From Candidatus Paracaedimonas acanthamoebae (GTDB taxonomy: Bacteria; Pseudomonadota; Alphaproteobacteria; Caedimonadales; Caedimonadaceae): a stretch of DNA of 32,000 bases. The stretch lies in NCBI GenBank assembly GCA_000743035.1, contig CP008936.1, forward strand, positions 870,001-902,000. Reading direction: 5' to 3'. Shown here one piece after another: positions 1 through 8,909 of this stretch. Positions within the stretch are counted from its first letter, which is position 1. The number at the start of each line of letters is the position of its first letter. The notes beneath the pieces were generated by a model. That model did no database searches. It had not been told where the DNA came from and saw only the letters and a list, made by a program, of their open reading frames with translations. The position numbers and the translations under genes are program-made.

Positions 1-246
1 CCCCATGTAATCTGAAGTTGAACGATCAATCCCTTGAGCCTCACCGTTCACTCCTCTAAAGATATTACCCCCTCCAATAACAATGCACACTTGGCACCCT
101 GCAACATGAACACTTTGTATTTCTGCAGCAATCCTATCGACTGTTTTAGGGTCAAGCCCATAACTCGCCTCCCCCATGAGGGCCTCGCCAGAAAGTTTAA
201 GCAGAATACGCTTAAACGGTTTGGTGGGATGAGTCGCGCTTTCCAT
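1..246 (-). CDS. pyrH: UMP kinase, N-terminal part (gene continues beyond the left edge of the window)
   Basis: Absent from the ORF track because it has no in-window stop. The reverse complement from the ATG (plus-strand CAT at 244-246) reads MESATHPTKPFKRILLKLSGEALMGEASYGLDPKTVDRIAAEIQSVHVAGCQVCIVIGGGNIFRGVNGEAQGIDRSTSDYMG. This carries the UMP-kinase KLSGE and GGGNIFRG signatures. Its position fits the conserved rpsB-tsf-pyrH order. Confidence 0.9.
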   Translation of the reverse strand, partial: MESATHPTKPFKRILLKLSGEALMGEASYGLDPKTVDRIAAEIQSVHVAGCQVCIVIGGGNIFRGVNGEAQGIDRSTSDYMG

Positions 247-282
247 TGAGTAACCAATCCTATATCTCAATAAAGAATATAT

Positions 283-326
283 TAAAAAATCATCTTAAGG
301 ATCAACCAAGAATCCTTAAGATGATT
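283..326 (-). terminator. Rho-independent terminator downstream of tsf
   Basis: Perfect 15-bp inverted repeat (288-302 AATCATCTTAAGGAT / 312-326 ATCCTTAAGATGATT) with a 9-nt loop. On the minus strand it is followed by a run of Ts (plus-strand A-run 284-288). It lies 6 nt after the tsf stop and before the pyrH start. Confidence 0.7.
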
Positions 327-331
327 GTCTC

Positions 332-1261
332 TTACTTCCCAAGTTGCTGAGCTACTTCTGCTGCAAAATCAGAAACTTCTTTTTCAATACCTTCACCAAG
401 CTTAAAAAGAGCAAATCCTTTTAAGTTCACTGGGGCACCAACTTCTTTTGCTGCATCCGTAATTACTTGAGAAACCTTACGTTTTGTATCATCAATTAAA
501 TAAATTTGCTCAACTAGCACTGATTCTTCATAGAATTTACGAAGGCGCCCTTCAATCATTTTTTCAATAAATTCTTCTTTCTTGCCAGACTCTCGAGCTT
601 GTTCTGCAAATATCTTACGTTCACGATCAATAGCACTTGGATCCAGATCAGCAATAGTACAAGCTTGAGGGTTTGCTGCAGCTGCATGCATTGCAATTTG
701 TTTCCCTAAAGTTTCAAGCTTTGCTTTATCACCTGATGACTCAAGCGCAACCAAAACCCCTATTCTTCCTAACCCAGGTGCAATAGCACTATGTATGTAA
801 CTCGTTACAATTCCTTGCTCAACTTTCAAACTTTTTAAACGCCTTACTTCCATATTTTCACCAATAACAGAAATAAGATTCGTTAATTCTTCAGCAATGC
901 TTCGTCCTGTTTCTGGATAAGGTGTATTCTTAAAAGCGTCTAAATCAGAATTAGCCTTAAGTGCCAAATCTGCAACTGTTCTAACATACTCTTGGAATTT
1001 TTCATTTCGAGCAACGAAGTCAGTCTCAGCGTTTACTTCAACAACAGCGCCTACAGTACCTGTCGTAACAGCCCCTACAAGTCCTTCAGCAGCTGTGCGT
1101 CCTGCTTTCTTAGCAGCAGCTGCTAATCCTTTAGCTCTTAACCAGTCAACAGCCGCTTCCATATCGCCCTTTGTTTCGGTAAGAGCTTTTTTACAATCCA
1201 TCATTCCAGCGCCTGTTCGCTCACGAAGCTCCTTTACAGCGCTTGCAGAAATTTCTGTCAT
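332..1261 (-). CDS. tsf: Translation elongation factor Ts
   Basis: 309-aa ORF. The N-terminus MTEISASAVKELRERTGAGMMDCKKAL...WLRAKG is the canonical EF-Ts UBA-like motif. It sits immediately downstream of rpsB. Confidence 0.97.
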   Translation of the reverse strand: MTEISASAVKELRERTGAGMMDCKKALTETKGDMEAAVDWLRAKGLAAAAKKAGRTAAEGLVGAVTTGTVGAVVEVNAETDFVARNEKFQEYVRTVADLALKANSDLDAFKNTPYPETGRSIAEELTNLISVIGENMEVRRLKSLKVEQGIVTSYIHSAIAPGLGRIGVLVALESSGDKAKLETLGKQIAMHAAAANPQACTIADLDPSAIDRERKIFAEQARESGKKEEFIEKMIEGRLRKFYEESVLVEQIYLIDDTKRKVSQVITDAAKEVGAPVNLKGFALFKLGEGIEKEVSDFAAEVAQQLGK

Positions 1262-1291
1262 AATTATTTCCCTAATTAAAAAATAAAATTA

Positions 1292-2110
1292 CTATTCTTG
1301 AGCTACAGTTTGTTCAGAAGCAGAACTTTCTTCAAAAACATTCTCTTGAACCTCTGGCACTCCTTGCTCTACTTCATTTGGAAGACGAGAAGCACTCCCC
1401 AAATCTACTCCTGCTGCACGTAATTGATATTGTAATCCATCAAGAATTGCCGTGGAGGCGACTCTACAATAAAATTCAATTGAACGAATGGCATCATCGT
1501 TCCCGGGGATCGGATAATCTACGCCTTCAGGATCCGCATTACTATCTAGAATAGCAATAACAGGTATACCTAATCTGTTTGCCTCATTAATTGCTATACG
1601 ATCATTAAGACTATCCATAACAAACATAATATCAGGTAAGCCTGGCATTTCCTTGATTCCACCCAAGGACATTTCAAGCTTATCTTTTTCTCTTGTAAGC
1701 TTAAGCAACTCTTTCTTGGTCAACCCTAAGTGTTCTTGTCCTAAAAATTCTTCTAGTTCTTTTAAACGCCTGATAGATTGTGAAATAGTTTTCCAATTGG
1801 TTAGCATGCCTCCAAGCCAACGATGATTAATATAATACTGACCGCAGTGCTTAGCGGCTTCAGCCACAACTTCAGAAGCTTGCCGTTTTGTCCCTACAAA
1901 TAAAACTCTTCCGCCACTAACAACAACATCTCTTAACGCTGTAAGAGCTTGATGCATAAGAGGCACAGTCTTCTCTAAATTAATAATATGTACACTATTA
2001 CGTATGCCATAAAGATATGGGGCCATTTTAGGATTCCAACGACGTGGATGATGGCCAAAGTGAACACCTGCATGCATTAAATCACGCATAGTAAATGGAA
2101 CGTTTTTCAT
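1292..2110 (-). CDS. rpsB: 30S ribosomal protein S2
   Basis: 272-aa ORF. The N-terminus [30 protein letters not shown] is the typical S2 sequence, and it lies in the rpsB-tsf arrangement. Confidence 0.97.
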   Translation of the reverse strand: MKNVPFTMRDLMHAGVHFGHHPRRWNPKMAPYLYGIRNSVHIINLEKTVPLMHQALTALRDVVVSGGRVLFVGTKRQASEVVAEAAKHCGQYYINHRWLGGMLTNWKTISQSIRRLKELEEFLGQEHLGLTKKELLKLTREKDKLEMSLGGIKEMPGLPDIMFVMDSLNDRIAINEANRLGIPVIAILDSNADPEGVDYPIPGNDDAIRSIEFYCRVASTAILDGLQYQLRAAGVDLGSASRLPNEVEQGVPEVQENVFEESSASEQTVAQE

Positions 2111-2305
2111 TGTCTTTCCTTTCTCCGGTTAAACCTCCGCAGGGATGTAGTTGTTTCTACAACCACCGGAGCGACTCTTACATAATGAGAACCGCAGATC
2201 CTGCGTGTGGGATAAAGTTGGTATATCTGGACTTTTTTAAAGATGCAAGCGATTTTGGACAAACATCAAAAGGAAGCCGAAGTTATCTAGCTAGAGTAAG
2301 TATTA
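2111..2305 (-). promoter_or_regulatory. rpsB promoter and structured 5' leader (putative)
   Basis: 195-bp spacer upstream of rpsB, noticeably more G+C-rich than other spacers. Minus-strand helices are visible: CGCAG-gat-CTGCG, CTCCGGT...ACCGGAG enclosing TGTAG-aaacaa-CTACA, and GGAGG next to the start codon. S2 autoregulation of the rpsB-tsf leader is known in other bacteria; the function here is inferred. Confidence 0.3.
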
Positions 2306-3286
2306 TTAACTTCCCTCTTGCTCAGCCTTATTTCTTGCACTTGTATTGATCATAAATTGGAAAATAAAAAATAAAATGAGAAAAGCGAAAAAGGAAAGAG
2401 ATAAAAATCCCCCTAAAACGAACCCAATAATTGTAAGAATGATACTCAAGTACATGACATTCACAATTGTTAAATAGCCAGTACTTAAAAGTGTTTCTTT
2501 TGTTATAGTATTTATTCTTACTTCTTTAAGATGGAAGAGCAAGTTTAATAAAATTGCCCCTGTGCTTAAAAATAACAGAGAAATAAAAAAAATTATCCAC
2601 TGATAAAAGTCAAAAGAGCTTGCTTTAAATTTATTAAATATATAACCACCTATTATGATTAATAAATAAAAAAATAAATGATGTCTAAACCAAGTATAAA
2701 TCGCTAGATCATTTAAAATGTCTTTGGTTTTAAGCGACCTATCCTGAAATTTATGTATTTTTTTATGGAATGTTTTAACCCTTTCAAGAACTTTTTGAGG
2801 TGTATTGACGCTAATGACTTCAGCTGATTTCTCCCATACAGGAAGATCATGCCGTGAGTTTCCGGCATAAATAAAATGGCCAGACCCAAAGCGTAAACAT
2901 AAAGCTTGAGCTTTAGTCGATGCTCGTAAATTTTTACTTCCATCACTGGCAAGATAATCTTTAAAAATTCCAAGATAATCATAAATAATTTTGGCACATT
3001 TTTGATCTGCCGCAGTGACGAGATAAAGGTCGTGTCCATTTTTTGCTTTGTCCCTAATATAATCTAGAAAGTTTTCATTATATGGTAATGAAGCTGGATC
3101 AATCATTACATAATCGGCCAACCTTGCTTTTAAAAAAGCTCTCCCTCTACAAAGCCAAACAAAAATATTAAAAACCTTCCAGGGATATCTCCTAATAAAT
3201 AATAGAACACTTTCATGCGTCACATCTGAGCGGATTAAAGTTCCATCAAGATCAATACATAAAGGAAGTTTTCTTTCTTTAATCAT
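2306..3286 (-). CDS. HAD-superfamily (IB-like) phosphatase domain fused to a short, apparently degenerate UbiA-like membrane domain
   Basis: 326 aa. The N-terminus has HAD motif I (LCIDLDGTL) and a later GNSRHDLP motif resembling motif IV (GDSxNDLP). The C-terminal ~130 aa form about 4 hydrophobic helices. The segment ILLNLLFHLKEVRINTITKETLLSTGYL aligns without gaps, from memory, to the UbiA/DPPR-synthase motif LNDLxDxExDRxHPxKxxRPxAxG, but with all three Asp replaced. Confidence 0.6.
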   Translation of the reverse strand: MIKERKLPLCIDLDGTLIRSDVTHESVLLFIRRYPWKVFNIFVWLCRGRAFLKARLADYVMIDPASLPYNENFLDYIRDKAKNGHDLYLVTAADQKCAKIIYDYLGIFKDYLASDGSKNLRASTKAQALCLRFGSGHFIYAGNSRHDLPVWEKSAEVISVNTPQKVLERVKTFHKKIHKFQDRSLKTKDILNDLAIYTWFRHHLFFYLLIIIGGYIFNKFKASSFDFYQWIIFFISLLFLSTGAILLNLLFHLKEVRINTITKETLLSTGYLTIVNVMYLSIILTIIGFVLGGFLSLSFFAFLILFFIFQFMINTSARNKAEQEGS

Positions 3287-3318
3287 TCTGTTATCTTTTT
3301 TACCTCTCTAGAATTCTT

Positions 3319-4830
3319 TCATTTAGACAAGAAGTTTGGCCCTTTAATATTAAAAATGCTCACGACCATTCGGGTTGTAAAAACCCCTACCATAGTTAAA
3401 ATAATTGCCCATAATACCTCATCAGGAGATAGATAAGTATGATGCAAATGTAAGAAAATAGATAAAAAAAGGCTCCAAATAATCGCAACTTCAGCGTAGA
3501 GTTCACCCATAAAACTCATAACATGCCTGTCTGGCCTCAGTAAATCTCTTATAACCCCCCCTCCCGCTCCCGTAATAGCAGCCAATAAGGGACCCCACAA
3601 CCAAAGAGGCTCACAGTTTGAAATTACGGCTACATTTGTGCCAATGACAGTAAAGGCTGCCAATCCTAAAGCATCAAGAATATCTAAAGCTCGTCCAAGA
3701 AATTTAATATTTAGGCTCACTTTTGGATAAAGACGAATGCGCGAAGATAAAAATGCCAAAAATTGAAGCATAACATAGCAGACAAAGACAGTACCAAAAA
3801 CTGAAAATAAATAATCTGGGGTCTGTAAAACGCCTAAGGGGCGCCTACCAACAATAATATCACGCATCATTCCTCCTCCAATTGCCGGAAGCATTGCAAG
3901 CGTTATTGTTGTGAATAATGTCGCATGTATACGATATGCAATAATTATTCCTGAAAGAGCAAAGGCTATGGTGCCAATTATATCGACAATATAAAACCAT
4001 TTCCTATCTATATTTTGTAATAGGAGCGGAGCAACCAGATATGTTTTAAAAGCTAATTTATATTCTTTAGAATCTTTAAATTTTTGTATTGCTTTATTAA
4101 TATTGTTTAAATCTTTTAGAGATATGCTTTTTTTGCTTAACATAAAATAAATTGGGCTACGGCTAATATTATAAGTTTCTATTTTTTCATGTATTCGTCT
4201 ATGCCAAGCAATGGTTGTGCCATTCACATGATCAGCAAGGAAACCGTCAATACGTTTATTTTCTAACCATATTATATTCTGGAAAACATTATCCGTTTTA
4301 AAAATTAAATGCTGATAACGTTTGTCATTAATAAAATCATTTAGTTCCGGAGCAGAATAATGGTATCCTTCAGTTACACCTAATCTAAATCGCCGATGTT
4401 TAATTTCTGAAATAAACTCAGCAACATTTCGGAAATTGAGCTTTTTAGAAGAATGTTTAAGGATAAAGAGAGCATCAATACTTTCACGATATGGGATCGT
4501 AAAGTAATAATATTTTGCTCGTTCAATTGTTTGGGTGGCTCCCATAGCAATATCATAGGTACCAGATTTCATCTTTTCCTGATGTTGCTGCCATGGAATT
4601 TCTTCATAAGTAATTTTATATCCAGAAATGTCAGCAACCGCATTTAAAATATGTATATCAAGACCTGACAAATAATTAATATTATCTTTTTTTTGGTTAT
4701 AGTGATAGGGTTCCCAAGAGTACCATCCGCATTTTAAGATCTGCATCTGAGTAGCATCTGCATTGCCTTCGAAAGTAAAAATTAAGAGAAATAGAAATTT
4801 TAAGATTATCACCAATTTTCTTAACACCAC
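3319..4830 (-). CDS. Fusion protein: periplasmic solute-binding domain (SBP family 3-like) + TRIC/UPF0126 (YadS/YicG-like) membrane domain
   Basis: 503 aa with a GTG start and a signal-like N-terminus (LVIILKFLFLLIFTFEGNADA). About 250 aa resemble polar amino-acid-binding proteins. About 7 TM helices follow, containing the duplicated UPF0126 glycine motif (AIGGGMMRDII and GAGGGVIRDLL). Confidence 0.75.
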   Translation of the reverse strand: MVLRKLVIILKFLFLLIFTFEGNADATQMQILKCGWYSWEPYHYNQKKDNINYLSGLDIHILNAVADISGYKITYEEIPWQQHQEKMKSGTYDIAMGATQTIERAKYYYFTIPYRESIDALFILKHSSKKLNFRNVAEFISEIKHRRFRLGVTEGYHYSAPELNDFINDKRYQHLIFKTDNVFQNIIWLENKRIDGFLADHVNGTTIAWHRRIHEKIETYNISRSPIYFMLSKKSISLKDLNNINKAIQKFKDSKEYKLAFKTYLVAPLLLQNIDRKWFYIVDIIGTIAFALSGIIIAYRIHATLFTTITLAMLPAIGGGMMRDIIVGRRPLGVLQTPDYLFSVFGTVFVCYVMLQFLAFLSSRIRLYPKVSLNIKFLGRALDILDALGLAAFTVIGTNVAVISNCEPLWLWGPLLAAITGAGGGVIRDLLRPDRHVMSFMGELYAEVAIIWSLFLSIFLHLHHTYLSPDEVLWAIILTMVGVFTTRMVVSIFNIKGPNFLSK

Positions 4831-5326
4831 TTAATTTTAGCTTTTGATTTGTCTATTTCTGAAGGATACTTTCTTTTTTGTCGATAAAATAATACTTGAA
4901 AGCAATGTTTCTGAAACACTCCACAATGTCATAAAAGACTTATCTCTATTAAATTATCAAAAAATATTGATAATTTTATAAACGCACGTTATCGTAAACC
5001 TAACTAAATTTTGTAGTGACTTAGGTTTGTGATTATCAAAGTTCTAATTTTATCATAACCAAGTCTGGGTTAATTAAGCATCACATAGATGCAAACATTA
5101 AATTTTAAGAGATGCCAAATTGCAATACTGCCTTAGGTTTATAAAATGAAAGTAGGGAAAATAGCAATCTTATACATTGCAGCTTTCAAATATAAAAATA
5201 ATGTTTCTAATCAAGCAGAAACCTTATTGTTTTCTCCTTCTATGAATAGAAGCACCTAATGATTTGGTAGCTCTTGAGAATAAATTGATGTCCTAATTTT
5301 AAGGGGCAGACTCAGGAGTAGTATAA
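4831..5326. promoter_or_regulatory. Divergent promoter region and long rne 5' leader (putative)
   Basis: 496-bp AT-rich spacer between the divergent SBP-TRIC gene and rne. It holds a perfect 10-bp inverted repeat AAATTATCAA-aaaata-TTGATAATTT (4951-4976), an 8-bp stem AAACCTAA/TTAGGTTT (4996-5003 / 5021-5028), the 9-mer CTTAGGTTT repeated at 5020-5028 and 5132-5140, and an AGGAG Shine-Dalgarno at 5313-5317. Confidence 0.4.
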
Positions 5327-7471
5327 ATGAAAAAAACAATGATTATCGATGCAGCGCATCCAGAAGAAACACGCGTTGCTGTTATAGATGAAAATAGTCG
5401 TCTTTCAGATTTTGATTTTGAAAGCACCACAAAGCAAATTTTTAAAGGAAATATTTATCTTGCTAAGGTCGCACGCGTTGAACCCTCCTTGCAGGCCGCA
5501 TTTATTGATTATGGAGGCAATAGACACGGCTTCTTAGCTTTTAGTGAAATACATCCTGATTATTTCCGCATTCCCGTTTCCGATCGAGAAGCTCTAAAAG
5601 CTGAATTACACCAATCTGAACTTGAAGAAAAAACAGATGAACCTACGCTTCCTGCAGAAGATACCAAAGTCAGCGCACCTTCTGAACCTGGCACAGAAGA
5701 CGGATTCTTAATGCCTATTTCTGTGTTGGGAGGAGAATCTCCCCCTCACGAAGAAGATGAACTGATCATTCGCCGTCCTTCATTACATCGTCGATATAAA
5801 ATTCAAGAAGTTATTCATAAAAACCAGATAATGCTTATCCAAGTAGTAAAAGAAGAACGTGGTGGAAAAGGCGCCGCTCTTACAACTTTTCTGTCAATTG
5901 CAGGCCGCTATTGTGTCCTTATGCCAAATTCACCGCGCAGTGGCGGAATTTCAAGAAAAATATCAAATGCGAATGATCGCAACCGTCTACGTGAAATATT
6001 GGATGATTTAGCAATATCAGAAGGTATGGGACTTATTATTCGAACTGCGGGACGCGAACGAACTAAAATGGAAATTAAGCGTGACGCTGAGTATCTAATG
6101 CGAACCTGGAATGGTATCCGCTTGCATACCTTAGAATCAATCGCGCCCACACTCATTTACGAAGAAGAAGATATTATCAAACGAGCTATCCGCGATCTTT
6201 ATACCAAAGATGTTGAATCTATCTTAGTAGATGGCGAAGAAGGATATAAAATTGCAAAAACCTTTATGAAGACGTTAATGCCTAGTCATGTAAAACGTGT
6301 TCAAAATTATAAAAGCACAACCGTGCCACTTTTTAGAAAATTTGGGGTCGAAGCTCAAATTGATGAGATGTATAATCCTTCAGTGAGACTTTCATCAGGT
6401 GGCTCAATTGTTATTCATCCTACTGAAGCTCTTGTTTCAATAGACATTAACTCGGGACGGTCAACACGTGAACGCCATATTGAAGAAACTGCCTTAAAAA
6501 CTAACCTTGAAGCAGCTGATGAAATTGCCAGACAAGTGAGATTGAGAGATCTTGCGGGGCTTATTGTTATTGATTTTATTGATATGGATGAACCACGCCA
6601 TGTTGCAGCTGTTGAAAGAAGAGTAAGAGAAGCGTTTAAAAATGACCGTGCTCGCATACAAATGGGAAAAATTAGCCCTTTTGGTCTTCTTGAGCTTTCT
6701 CGACAAAGACTACGTCCTAGTATTTTAGAAACAACTGCTCATCCATGTTCCCATTGTAATGCAACCGGATTTGTACGTTCTATAGAATCTTCTTCTCTTT
6801 ACATCTTACGTGCCATAGAAGACGAAGGTTTCAAAGGAGGCTCTGCAGAGATCTTAGTTCACGTACCTCCAAAAGTTGCTTTTTATCTTTTAAATAGTAA
6901 AAGACTACATTTGAGGGAGATTGAAGAACGTCATAACATGCAAGTCTTCATTGAAGGAGATGAAAGCTTAATCAGCCCACAATATCGTCTTAATCGTATA
7001 AAAAGAAAAAATATAGAAGATCATCTTGGTGAAGATGAACCTAAAGATAATATCGCGGAAGACAAAAATTCTAAGCAAAATCGCCATCGCGCTAAAGTTA
7101 TGCATTCACAATCCCAACAACAACACAAGCGTGAAGCATTTAGCCAAATAAAAGAAGAAGGAAGTAATCCAGAAAATAAGGTTATACAATTGGTTTCAGA
7201 AAATGAAAAGAGAGATAGCGGAAGACGCCGACGTCGGCGTTCACGCAATAGGCGCCAGGGTCCTTCGCATTTACCTGAAGATAATAAAATAACCTCTGGA
7301 ACTCAAGATTCTTCCTTCCAAGAAGCTCTCCACAGAAGAGTGGAAGGAAATCCTTCTATCACAGAAGAAGCTAGAGAAAAAAGTAATTCTCATGAGGAAA
7401 ATTTAACCTCTGAGATTAAAAAATCCAAGAAAAGCTCAACGAAAAAATGGTGGAAGAAGTTACTTGATTAA
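5327..7471 (+). CDS. rne: Ribonuclease E (RNase E/G family) with an insertion in the S1 domain and a short Arg/Lys-rich C-terminal tail
   Basis: 714 aa. N-terminus MIIDAAHPEETRVAVIDENSRL...GNIYLAKVARVEPSLQAAFIDYGGNRHGFL. The catalytic core carries IDINSG and CxxC (CSHCNATG). The tail contains RRRRRRSRNRR. Confidence 0.95.
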   Translation: MKKTMIIDAAHPEETRVAVIDENSRLSDFDFESTTKQIFKGNIYLAKVARVEPSLQAAFIDYGGNRHGFLAFSEIHPDYFRIPVSDREALKAELHQSELEEKTDEPTLPAEDTKVSAPSEPGTEDGFLMPISVLGGESPPHEEDELIIRRPSLHRRYKIQEVIHKNQIMLIQVVKEERGGKGAALTTFLSIAGRYCVLMPNSPRSGGISRKISNANDRNRLREILDDLAISEGMGLIIRTAGRERTKMEIKRDAEYLMRTWNGIRLHTLESIAPTLIYEEEDIIKRAIRDLYTKDVESILVDGEEGYKIAKTFMKTLMPSHVKRVQNYKSTTVPLFRKFGVEAQIDEMYNPSVRLSSGGSIVIHPTEALVSIDINSGRSTRERHIEETALKTNLEAADEIARQVRLRDLAGLIVIDFIDMDEPRHVAAVERRVREAFKNDRARIQMGKISPFGLLELSRQRLRPSILETTAHPCSHCNATGFVRSIESSSLYILRAIEDEGFKGGSAEILVHVPPKVAFYLLNSKRLHLREIEERHNMQVFIEGDESLISPQYRLNRIKRKNIEDHLGEDEPKDNIAEDKNSKQNRHRAKVMHSQSQQQHKREAFSQIKEEGSNPENKVIQLVSENEKRDSGRRRRRRSRNRRQGPSHLPEDNKITSGTQDSSFQEALHRRVEGNPSITEEAREKSNSHEENLTSEIKKSKKSSTKKWWKKLLD

Positions 7472-8849
7472 AAGAAATAAGATTTTAAAATTTAATTTTA
7501 GCTTGCTTATTCTATTACTTAAAAGCTTAGCTTTTTCTTCGATGTCTATAGGTGCGCAACTCATTCAGGAAGGTGCAACTATTCGAGATGCAGAAGTAGA
7601 AGCAACTTTAATTGATTTTACATCTCCTATTTTTCAAGCGGCCGGGTTAAAACCTGAGAACCTAAAAATTTTTATTATTGCAAATTCAGATATTAATGCT
7701 TTTGCAACAACTGAATATTCAATTTTTCTTAACTCTGGGTTAATTTTAAAATCAAAAACACCTGAACAAGTTATTGGTGTTCTTGCTCATGAGACTGGAC
7801 ATATAGCTGGAGGGCATCTTGCTGGTCGTGAAGGAATGGCTTCAAAAGCAACGACAATGGCAATGGCTGGCATGGTATTGGGAGCTGCAGCAATGTTAGC
7901 AGGAAGCGCTGATGCGGCAGCAGGATTAATGATGGGGGGTATGCAAGTAGCTCAAAATACTTTTATGCATTATAATCGTGGGCAAGAAGGCAGCGCTGAC
8001 AGCGCTGGTGTAAAATACCTTGATAAACTTCATTGGTCTTCAAAAGGTTTCTATGAATTTATGCAACTTCTTGAAAAACAAGAGCTTTTAAACTCAGAAC
8101 GGCAAGATTTGTATATGCGCTCTCACCCTTTTAGCCACGACCGTGTTGAATTTTTAAAATCCCATATTAGTAATTCACCATATACGCAAAATAACTTACC
8201 CGATCAATTCTACACATCTTATAAGCGAATTCTTGCTAAGCTAGAGGCTTTTTTGCTACCTTCAGGACAAGTTTTTCTCAAATATGCCCAAAATGATCCT
8301 TCAGTTGAAGCGCGTTATGCGCGAGCTATTGCTTATTATCGCTCAAGTAAGGTGGCTGAAGCCTTAAAACAAATAGATAGCTTAATTCACGATTATCCTA
8401 AAGATCCTTATTTTTGGGAATTAAAAGGACAGATCAATTTTGAAAATGGAAACGTTGCTGTAGCGATTCAGGCATATCAGCAGGCCAAAGATCTTAAACC
8501 TGATGCCGCTTTGATAAGACTTAGTTATGCCCAAGCAATGCTGGAAGCTAATAGTCAAACCTATAATCGTGAAGCGATTCGTCAACTTAATAAAGTACTT
8601 CAGAAAGAAAAAGAAAATCCCTTTATATGGCGTTTGCTTGCAATTTCTCATGGACGACAAAAAAATATTGGGGTATCTGCTTTATGTCTTGCAGAGGAAG
8701 CTCTTACTATTGGAAAATATGATCTTGCTCTAAATCAAGCCCAAAGAGCAGAGCATCTTCTTTCTGCAGGTCCAGAAAAAATTCGTGCAGAAGATATAAA
8801 AGAACTTGCAGAACGTGAATTAAAAAAGCAACAAATAAGCTCTTTCTAA
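7464..8849 (+). CDS. Periplasmic M48-family zinc metalloprotease with C-terminal TPR repeats (BepA/YfgC-like)
   Basis: 461 aa with a signal-like N-terminus, the HExxH motif (LAHETGHIAGGH) and a TPR-like C-terminal half. The TTG start overlaps the rne stop by 8 nt, so the exact start is uncertain. Confidence 0.85.
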   Translation: MIKRNKILKFNFSLLILLLKSLAFSSMSIGAQLIQEGATIRDAEVEATLIDFTSPIFQAAGLKPENLKIFIIANSDINAFATTEYSIFLNSGLILKSKTPEQVIGVLAHETGHIAGGHLAGREGMASKATTMAMAGMVLGAAAMLAGSADAAAGLMMGGMQVAQNTFMHYNRGQEGSADSAGVKYLDKLHWSSKGFYEFMQLLEKQELLNSERQDLYMRSHPFSHDRVEFLKSHISNSPYTQNNLPDQFYTSYKRILAKLEAFLLPSGQVFLKYAQNDPSVEARYARAIAYYRSSKVAEALKQIDSLIHDYPKDPYFWELKGQINFENGNVAVAIQAYQQAKDLKPDAALIRLSYAQAMLEANSQTYNREAIRQLNKVLQKEKENPFIWRLLAISHGRQKNIGVSALCLAEEALTIGKYDLALNQAQRAEHLLSAGPEKIRAEDIKELAERELKKQQISSF

Positions 8850-8909
8850 AACTCTTATTGATCTCTAAAGGGGGATCTTTTAATATTCATCATTTATAGG
8901 GAGGATAGT

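Noticed and set aside
34-257. Track ORFs 34..249 (+) and 48..257 (-) at the left edge
   Set aside because: Neither resembles a known protein. A third frame on the minus strand gives a textbook UMP kinase N-terminus (pyrH), so these are shadow ORFs.
2713-3039. 108-aa ORF nested in a second minus-strand frame of the HAD-UbiA gene
   Set aside because: It is an AT-rich shadow frame. The main frame carries the HAD motifs.
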